Positions 1-7,075 of a DNA stretch of 7,392 nucleotides are shown here, in pieces (position 1 is the stretch's first letter; every line of letters starts with the position of its first letter). This stretch comes from Octopus sinensis. Its lineage: Eukaryota. The notes beneath the pieces were generated by a model. It did not search any database and had not been told where the DNA came from. It saw only the letters and a program-made list of their open reading frames with translations. The position numbers and the translations under genes were made by a program. The DNA is taken from assembly GCF_006345805.1 (NCBI RefSeq), contig NW_021828900.1, positions 1 through 7,392 on the forward strand, written 5' to 3'.

Positions 1-5
1 TTTCT

Positions 6-166
6 ATTATACTCTTTATAATATATTTGATAAGGTGTCTCTTCAAGAACATGGATTCTATTGAATGTATGTAACGATTATGAACTGTTCCATTATACTT
101 TTTATAATAAATTTTTTTGATCAGGTTCGTTTTTTCAAGAACCGAAACATGTAAATTAAAATTTAT
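6..166 (+). repeat. Diverged tandem pair (~90 bp period) of AT-rich units with hammerhead-like cores
   Basis: Copy 1 (6-53) attatactctttataatatatttgataaggtgtctcttcaagaacatg aligns by eye with copy 2 (92-151) attatactttttataataaatttttttgatcaggttcgttttttcaagaaccgaaacatg. Copy 1 lacks cgaaac. Confidence 0.6.
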
Positions 167-195
167 CTAATATAGTGGCGTTTTCAAACTTCTTT

Positions 196-223
196 TATAT
201 ATATATATATATATTTATATATA
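196..223. repeat. (TA)n microsatellite
   Basis: Direct reading; one interruption. Confidence 0.95.
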
Positions 224-235
224 CATTATTTATAT

Positions 236-362
236 TTGACGAATATTTGTCCTCACCTTGTTTGTTGTTAACACAGCGTTTCGGCTGATATACCCTCCAG
301 CCTTCATCAGGTATCTTGGGAAATTCCAACCTAGGTTCTGATTCGTAAGGTATTTTTCGATG
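236..362 (-). mobile_element. Penelope-like element terminal repeat (pLTR) or retrozyme-like fragment
   Basis: The minus strand carries CTGATGA-stem-CCGAAAC, a motif typical of Penelope-like element ends, next to a (TTA)n tract. It resembles a high-copy cephalopod repeat as I remember it (unverified). No Penelope ORF is present. Confidence 0.55.
270..315 (-). ncRNA. Minimal type I hammerhead-ribozyme-like motif, probably inactive in this copy
   Basis: Minus strand: GAUAC-CUGAUGA-A-GGCUG(gaggguauau)CAGCC-GAAAC-GCU-GUGUU. The core boxes are intact, stem II is a perfect 5 bp, and stem I (GAUAC/GUGUU) pairs with two G-U wobbles. The cleavage triplet is GCU rather than NUH. Confidence 0.6.
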
Positions 363-377
363 TCATCATCATTATTA

Positions 378-420
<43 letters not shown>

Positions 421-421
421 T
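363..421. repeat. (TCA)/(TTA)n microsatellite with a short (TA)n; 3' flank of the retroelement
   Basis: Direct reading; reads (TAA)n on the minus strand. Confidence 0.95.
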
Positions 422-543
422 ACTTTTTTTTCCTTCTTTCAAATTTTCTTCCATTCTGCCGCCGAGTGTCTTCCCGACTCCTAGGGCAAATAAACTCATA
501 GTGTATATTGGTAGGCCATTAAACAAACTCAGTAGTTCGTTAA

Positions 544-566
544 TTTTTTTTTTTTTTTTTTTTTTT
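544..566 (-). repeat. A23 tract in the retroelement 3' region
   Basis: 23 consecutive T on the plus strand, 34 nt beyond the stop codon. Confidence 0.9.
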
Positions 567-599
567 AAAGTTAAATTAAAATACATGAGCAGCAACAGT

Positions 600-3441
600 T
601 CACATCGACAATGCTCTTCTCAATACGTGTGATGTACCAGTTAAGACAATCTTTTGCACTTCTTGCGGGATGGTAAGCCAGGGATCATTCTCATATAATT
701 TTCGGTTCCCTTCTTGATCATTCCTAGTGCTCCTACGATCACTGGTATTGTAACCGCCTTGAGATGCCACACTTTCTCAATTTCATGAGTAGGTCTTATA
801 TTTTCTGAGCTTGTCAAACTCTTTCGCTGAATATTATGATCACAGGGGATGCTCATGTCGATCAGTAAGCAAACTTATGTTTTTGGTCTTTCACAACAAT
901 ATCTGGTTTATTGGCCTTGATGGTTCTGTCTGTATGTACTGGAAAGTCCCACAGAATGGTTACTTTTCTCCTTCAGTTACAAGCCTCAGGGTGGTGATTA
1001 TACCACTTGTCGGCAGTTTTTGATTGTAATGCCGACTTATTAGCCAGGGAGATATTGGCCACTCTGTCCAGTCTTAATTTATACTCCACTGGTGCTAAGA
1101 CTTTAACATCAGAGATTAGGTGGTCCACTGTTTCAATCATGTCGTTGCAGAATCGGCATTTTGGGTCTGCTCCATTTTTCATCACATGGCCTGGTAGTTC
1201 CGGGTTAATAGGCTTTGGTCTTGAGCAGCCAGGATGAAACCTTCGCTCTCTGCTTTAGCCCTGAGCTCCGCAGCCACTGATGGGTTGCTTCTGGTCAACA
1301 TCAGCTTGTTTGCTGCGGGTCACATATTTGCCGTGCAGAGGTTTCTCCTCCCACCTATCAGCCAATTGCTCGTGCGCTTTTTTCATTGCCATCATTTTCC
1401 CTTCTTTGCAACAATAGTTGCCGTACTTCCCTCGGGTTGTTCAGTTTGGGTATCCTGCACGAGATCAATAGCAAATTTTTTGCTTTCCTTGATGATAGAA
1501 TGAAGCTTCTTTCGTCTCTCGTGATTTTCCACGAGCTTTAGCATCCAGTCATTCGATATTTCGAGATATTTGGCCAGTCCAATTGTGGTGTTTTGTAAGC
1601 TAGTTCAAATTGGATCAGGCCTCGACCTCCTTGGGCTCTGGAAGGTAAAGGCGATCTACGTCTGCCTTTGGGTGGTGCATCCTATTACAACTCAGCAGCT
1701 TGCGTATTTTCTATCTATATTCTTTACTTCACTCATATTCCAGTTCAACACATTGTAGCTATAAGTAACAACTGGAACTGCTAAGGAATTTATAGCTAAC
1801 ACCTTGTTACGTGCATTTAGTTCAGATTTCAGGACTGCACGAACTCTCCTATAACATTCCTTCCTGATCTTCTCTTTCATGCTTGCATGCTGAATACCAG
1901 AGCCTTCATTTATCCCTAAATATTTGTATGTTTGTTCTTGCTCAAGCTCTCTTATGACTGTGTCAACATCTAACACGACTGAATTTGTGGTCTTCACTTT
2001 CCCTTTCTGGAAAGTGGCCATGGCACACTTCTCAAGTCCAAACTCCATCCCGATGTCATCGCTGAATGCTTTCACGGTGCGTAATAGGCCTTCAAGTTCA
2101 TTATTGTCTTTACCATAAAGTTTTAAGTCGTCCATATAAAATAGATGGCTTATTTTTTTATTGGCAATTTTATACCCATACCCTGTTCTGTTTAATTCAC
2201 TTGTAAGGGGTATTAGGGCTATGCAGAATATTAAAGGTGAAAGTGAGTCACCTTGAAAAATTCCACAGTTGATGTTATATTTTCTGAGGCAAGTACTCCA
2301 TTAGAGTGGTATAATTGGAGATTCGTATTCCACAACGACATATTGTGCTTCAGGAAGTTTGAAATCACAGGGGAAATTTTGAAGATGTCCAGCGATCTCA
2401 AGATCCATGGATGCGGTATACTGTCGAAGGCCTTTTTATAGTCAATCCATGCGGTGCTGAGATTTCTGCGCTTGTTGTGACAGTTCTCAAGGATCATACG
2501 ATTGATTAGCAGTTGATCTTTGCATCCGTAAGAGCCTCGGCGGCACCCTTTTGTTCAATGGGAAAATATCGTTCTTCTCCATGAATGCATATGTTTTCTC
2601 CGCCAGGATAGATGTTAGGATTTTATACGTGGTGGATAGACAGGTTATAGGCCGATAGTTTTTTGGAAGGTTGGTTTCGTTATTCTTTGGGAGTAGGTAA
2701 GTAATGCCACTTGCTAACCATTCAGGTGTTTTCTTTGGGTCTCTCATAATTCCATTGAGCAGCTGAACAGCTTACCGTGTGCGCACGGGAGCGATGCGAG
2801 CCAGAAATTCGGCACCCTATTTTACCGGGGGATTTCCAATTATGGGCCTTCGTGAGTGCCTTTCTTAGGTCTGCTATTGTGATGTCTTCCCATGCTGTTG
2901 TTGTAAATTTTGGTAGGATCCTTCAGTGTTATAATCCAGTCTGCATTTATGTTGTACGTCTTCTTGTCACTCCAAATCCTTTTCCAAAAGTTTTGAACTT
3001 CTTCATGGGAGGGGGCTTCTTTAACGGTTACTTTCTCCTTCCCTATTTCTCTGTAGAATTTTTTGGCATTGGATGTGAACAGCTATTTTGCTTGAAAACT
3101 TGTTTCTCTTCTCAAATCTTCGTATTCTTTGGGCTTTTGCTTGGACTTTTTGTTTCAGCGTTTCTTTTATTGATATCAGTTCTTCTCTTGGTGAGGATCC
3201 AAATTTTCTCTTCATCTTTCTCCTGTTCTGGATCTTACATCATTTCCACATATTAGTTCATTTAATATTGATATTTCCCCTCTCATAATTCAATCTCTTT
3301 TTCAATTTTACTTCTCCAGGTTTGATTTCTTCCCAGGTTTTGTTTTCTTTGTTTTTTCGGGGCATACAGCTGGTTTCAATGCCCTAGCAGAAGCGTAAAT
3401 AATTTCATTTAACTCAGTAAAATCAGGTTTTAATTCTCGTA
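600..3441 (-). pseudogene. Frameshifted single ORF of the retroelement (RT / zinc knuckle / RLE polyprotein), N-terminus missing
   Basis: Joins track ORFs 3021..3215, 2487..2747, 2231..2497, 1692..2135, 973..1185 and 641..856. The natural stop is at 600-602 (...GTSHVLRRALSM*). About 25-30 frame breaks by manual reconstruction. Confidence 0.88.
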
Positions 3442-3521
3442 TTATTTTATTATTATTATTATTATTTTATTATTATATTATTATTATTTTATTATTATAT
3501 TATTATTATCATTATTATTAA

Positions 3522-3591
<70 letters not shown>

Positions 3592-3597
3592 TCATTA
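3440..3597. repeat. Imperfect (TAT)n microsatellite, ~158 bp; 5' flank of the retroelement
   Basis: Direct reading. Confidence 0.97.
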
Positions 3598-3600
3598 GCA

Positions 3601-4234
3601 AGAAGGGGGGTGATGGTGTGGGCAGCATTTAGTAGCTTTGGTGTTGGCCCTCTAGTTAAAGTTGATGGAAAGCTAAATAGTGTAGGTTTTATGAATCTAA
3701 TAAAGGATAATGTGCCATATTTGACTCACCAAATGCCTCCGGAGGCTATTTATCAGCAGGACAACAGTCCTGTGCGCAAATCCAAGAAGGTTATGGAATT
3801 GTTTGATCACCATAATATTGACGTAATCGAATGGCCTCCCCAGAGCCCGAACCTAAATCCAATCGGGAACTTGTGGAATTATGCTAAAAAACCATCCAAT
3901 CTAAAACAATTATTCGATTATATCAATAAAATATGGCAATCCCATAGAATTTTGTAATCACTCCAAAGGACCCTGCACCAATCTTCATCTGTCCATTGAG
4001 CAATCCCGAGGCGTTGTTCATAGTTATTAAGAATGAGGTCTACAACACAAAGTACTAATATGTATTTCGTTCTTGTTGCTAATTTTTGCTACAATCTTAA
4101 ACTTTAAATAAAATTATAATGATACGATCTTAAACTGATTTTGCCGGTAAATTTGAAACGTTTATATTAATTTATTAATTATTATTTTATAAGAAATAGA
4201 ACCTTTATCATCGGTCTTTATTTTCGCCAGTGTG
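3601..4234 (+). mobile_element. Tc1/mariner (Tc1-like DD34E) transposon, 3' half, decayed
   Basis: Translation: GVMVWAAF...G.LNS...IYQQDNSPVR...WPPQSPNLNPIGNLW...IPRRC..VIKN..YNTKY* (stop 4056-4058). The second catalytic D is intact. The catalytic E is replaced by G (NPIE to NPIG) and SPD by SPN. AATAAA at 4107-4112. The right end near 4232-4234 (ttattttcgccagtgtg) is tentative. Confidence 0.85.
3957..3995 (-). other. Inverted 39-bp segment encoding the Tc1 motif WTDEDWCRVLWSD, embedded in the forward transposase
   Basis: The reverse complement tgg aca gat gaa gat tgg tgc agg gtc ctt tgg agt gat translates to WTDEDWCRVLWSD, matching the Tc1 first-catalytic-Asp region (W..VLWSDE). It interrupts the forward frame ...EFCNH|(L)IE(S)IPRRC. 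Confidence 0.8.
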
Positions 4235-4644
4235 TTTAAGTATTCCTTGGTTATATTAGTATATCAGTCCATAATGGAATATTCCCATAAGCTATTATCT
4301 GCATGATAAAGTAAAGGTTCTCCAGTCAATCGTTTTAATTTCTTATTTAAACCTAGTAATCCTCATTACTGGTGAAGTCAAATTATCACCATGTTACGCT
4401 GCCTTACTGGATTTTACCTGGAGAAACCCGGTAAAACTGTTCTGACACAGCTGCAGGTATGGAATAATTATCTCAATTACCTCTTTGTATTTGCTTTTAT
4501 ATATTTTATATATTTCAGGGTTATATTTCTATATGCTTATCATTAGACTCTTAATATAAGTATGTGGATATTCGAATGGAAAAATACCTCATGTCTTACA
4601 TTTGAATTCTGAATTTGATTTTCTGAATACTTTAAGACAAATAT

Positions 4645-4671
4645 CTGTACACAGCGTCGACTGTACACAGC
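4645..4671 (+). repeat. 11-bp direct repeat ctgtacacagc x2 separated by gtcga
   Basis: Exact copies at 4645-4655 and 4661-4671. Confidence 0.85.
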
Positions 4672-4688
4672 TACCGACCCACCCATAA

Positions 4689-4711
4689 TGAGTAGTGATT
4701 CGTCCACGCAC
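4689..4711 (+). repeat. Left copy of an exact 23-bp direct repeat (candidate target-site duplication)
   Basis: tgagtagtgattcgtccacgcac, identical to 5126-5148. Confidence 0.9.
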
Positions 4712-4898
4712 TATTGCCAAGAGGAATGTCGGACAAGATATGTTGTATCAATCACTCAAACTGACCAATGGCATCTGGGTATTGGCAGAGCTTAAAATAC
4801 AACCTGGAAATCTTAGTTTCACTCTGTCTCTGAAAGTACGTGCGATGGAGGTTTACCAAGGAATGCAACTTGCATATGAAACTATTTTGCACAATTGA
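4710..4898 (+). pseudogene. AP1B1/AP2B1: AP-1/AP-2 complex beta subunit (beta-adaptin) C-terminal appendage fragment, 5'-truncated, probable retrocopy
   Basis: TIAKRNVGQDMLYQSLKLTNGIWVLAELKIQPGNLSFTLSLKVRAMEVYQGMQLAYETILHN* closely matches the beta-adaptin C-terminus as I recall it (human AP2B1 TIAKRNVEGQDMLYQSLKLTNGIWILAELRIQPGNPNYTLSLKCRAPEV...ILKN*). Similarity stops abruptly upstream of T. No polypyrimidine tract or acceptor site precedes it. The conserved E is missing and GNP has become GNL. Confidence 0.88.
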
Positions 4899-5079
4899 AA
4901 GCTTTCTTGAAATATTCCAAAAGACATGTTCTTCAAGTGAAAAAAAGATGTTCTTCAAAGTGAAACAAGGGAAAATGAAAAATGTAGTTTTTAAACTGGA
5001 TAACAAAATAAAATCTTTTGTATAACCATTTTTAATAGTTAATAGACCGTGGTGATATGGTATCATTGAATAGTTACAA

Positions 5080-5120
5080 AATATATATATATACACATAC
5101 ACATACACATACATGCATAC
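5080..5120. repeat. (TA)n/(CACATA)n compound microsatellite at the 3' end of the adaptin insert
   Basis: Direct reading. Confidence 0.85.
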
Positions 5121-5125
5121 TTCTC

Positions 5126-5166
5126 TGAGTAGTGATTCGTCCACGCACCCATAATGAGTAGTGATT
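5126..5166 (+). repeat. Right copy of the 23-bp direct repeat, extending as 1.4 units of a 29-bp motif
   Basis: tgagtagtgattcgtccacgcacccataatgagtagtgatt; the same 29-bp unit appears in another phase at 4680-4711. Confidence 0.9.
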
Positions 5167-5327
5167 ACATCGACCCTAGTGCTCATCTGGTACTTATTGT
5201 ATGTACCCTGAAAGGATGACAGGCACAGTCAACATCGACAGCACTTGAACTCAGAACATACGAGTAGATAGAACGCCGTGAAGCATTTTGCTTGACGTGT
5301 TAACGATTCTGCGAGGTCCATTGCCTC
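5161..5327 (-). mobile_element. tRNA-derived SINE (cephalopod type), diverged and 3'-disrupted
   Basis: The minus strand has an A-box-like tcgcagaatcg (5304-5314) and a B-box-like gagttcaagtg (5242-5252), followed by the body ...tcatcctttcagggt...aataagtaccagatgagcactagggtcgatgtaatc. This resembles abundant octopus SINEs as I remember them; the family name is unverified. Confidence 0.75.
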
Positions 5328-5374
5328 AAACATATCGATAACGTTGGCGATAACGATCATGATCATCTTAGTCA

Positions 5375-5409
5375 TGATGATAATAATAATAATAAAAATG
5401 ATAACAATA

Positions 5410-5447
<38 letters not shown>

Positions 5448-5457
5448 AATGATGACG
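5375..5457. repeat. (ATG)n/(ATA)n compound microsatellite
   Basis: Direct reading. Confidence 0.92.
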
Positions 5458-5537
5458 AATTCTATTATTATGATAATGGTTATATTTATATGGTAACCCA
5501 ACATGGTAGATCCCTTTGGGCTAGAACACATAAAGGA

Positions 5538-5574
<37 letters not shown>

Positions 5575-5575
5575 C

Positions 5576-5627
<52 letters not shown>

Positions 5628-5637
5628 ACTGTCTATC

Positions 5638-5687
<50 letters not shown>

Positions 5688-5942
5688 GAACATGCATATA
5701 TATGTGTGTGTGTGTACACATCGGTATATGTGTGTGTATACATATATACAGACGTATGTATGTATGTATGTATATATGTACGTATGTATGTATGTATGTA
5801 TATATGTACGTATGTATGTATGTATATATATGTATGTATGTATATATGTATGTATATATGTATGTATGTATATATGTATGTATATATGTATGTATGTATA
5901 TATGTATATATATGCTATACCTATGTATTACATATACATACA
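5538..5942. repeat. Compound microsatellite (ATCT)n - (TA)n - (TG)n - (TATG)n
   Basis: Direct reading: ATCT ~5538-5640, TA ~5641-5687, TATG-rich ~5755-5920. Confidence 0.97.
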
Positions 5943-6263
5943 TTAATTAATATATTATTTGATGCTAGAAAATAGATTTTGATGTTGATTTTTGCTATGA
6001 AATTAATTAATTACAAGATAAATACTGATACATGCTGCAAGCCATTTCTCACCGGCTCGCGTTGAAAACACATTAATAAATACAACCATATATGATGCAA
6101 TAACGTACAGCACTTCACAATTGCTGAATTAGGTCTGAGCTCATTCCATTCAACAGCTTTTAATATACTTGCTGTTGCTTAATTAAAATCTTTTCATATG
6201 TATAGGCTTTATTTATATATGTAAAGGTGCATGCGCATCTGCTGTCTTTATATATATTACAGA

Positions 6264-6264
6264 A

Positions 6265-6363
<99 letters not shown>

Positions 6364-6394
6364 GATATATCTATCTACCTATCTATCTATCTAT
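6264..6394. repeat. (ATCT)n tetranucleotide microsatellite
   Basis: Direct reading; near-perfect to ~6362. Confidence 0.97.
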
Positions 6395-6414
6395 CTGCAT
6401 ATTTCTGTGCGCAT

Positions 6415-6815
6415 ATTTGTATGTATGTATGCAAGTGTCTGCGTATAAGGTGTATATATATATTATATATATATATATAATATATACATATACACATACA
6501 CACGCATATATATATATATGTATACATATATATATTATATATATATATATATATACTTATGCTCATACACACACCACATATATTTATGATCACATATACT
6601 TATATATATATATTATATATATATCTATCTATATATATAATATGATATATATATATACATAAATATAAAGTACGATTTTATGTGTAGTGCTATAAAATTT
6701 AATATATGCATGTGTGTGTAAATATGTATCATATACATATATGTATATACATACACATGTATATATATATGTATATATACATACATATATATATGTTATA
6801 TATATATATATAATA

Positions 6816-6848
<33 letters not shown>

Positions 6849-7075
6849 AGATATATACACATATTTATACACATACATAGATATAAATATATTATATATA
6901 TACATACACACAGTATATATATCCATATATATATCATATGCATACGTATATATATATACATATATCTATGCGTATATACACATACGTATATATATACATA
7001 TAGATATATGCTTATATACATATATATATATATATGCGTATATACACACACGTATACATATACCTCATTATGTAC
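6415..7075. repeat. Long degenerate (TA)/(CA) alternating purine-pyrimidine low-complexity tract
   Basis: Direct reading. Confidence 0.95.

Larger units (their letters stand above)
424..3441 (-). mobile_element. R4/Dong-clade non-LTR retrotransposon (RT + CCHC + restriction-like endonuclease), 5'-truncated
   Basis: Manual frame-corrected translation gives ...KETLKQKVQAKAQRIRRFEKR...WKSPG...NYRPITCL...WIDYKKAFDSIPH...GIFQGDSLSP...HLFYMDDLK (YMDD at 2127-2138)...GLEKC...YKYLG...HHPKADVDRLY...GGRGL. These are followed by CRFC-x8-H (1120-1158), ILWDF..TDRTIKANKPDIVV (KPD at 901-909), LID, KE.DK..KY and PVIVGALG. This domain order and motif set are characteristic of R4/Dong RLE-type elements. (TAA)n flanks both ends on the sense strand. 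Confidence 0.9.

Noticed and set aside
230-595. 121-aa minus-strand ORF with poly-K and poly-N tracts
   Set aside because: It reads through the A23 tract, the retroelement 3' UTR, the (TAA)n tract and the Penelope-like end. The composition is explained entirely by repeats.
360-3288. Plus-strand ORFs such as 360..632, 811..1023, 1007..1237, 1234..1503, 2777..3256 and 3088..3288
   Set aside because: Antisense to the retroelement ORF; no recognisable motifs.
4410-4437. Hairpin ttttacc...ggtaaaa and inverted ttctccag/ctggagaa octamers
   Set aside because: Stems of 7-8 bp are expected by chance in AT-rich DNA, and there is no hammerhead core or terminator context.
4260-4462. Possible small exon ending cag|gtatgg (~4456) after a ttctccag acceptor-like site
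   Set aside because: All three frames from the acceptor contain stops and no protein motif was recognised. It cannot be supported without RNA-seq.
4695-4709. GTG start and MIRPR N-terminus of ORF 4695..4898
   Set aside because: These codons come from the 23-bp flanking repeat, not from adaptin. A GTG start is not credible in this eukaryotic context.
4680-5166. CRISPR-like repeat-spacer arrangement
   Set aside because: Only two to three partial copies, separated by 414 bp. Eukaryotic context and no cas genes.
5242-5327. Functional tRNA gene
   Set aside because: A/B-box-like motifs are present, but they are degenerate, I could not fold a cloverleaf, and the sequence continues into a SINE body.
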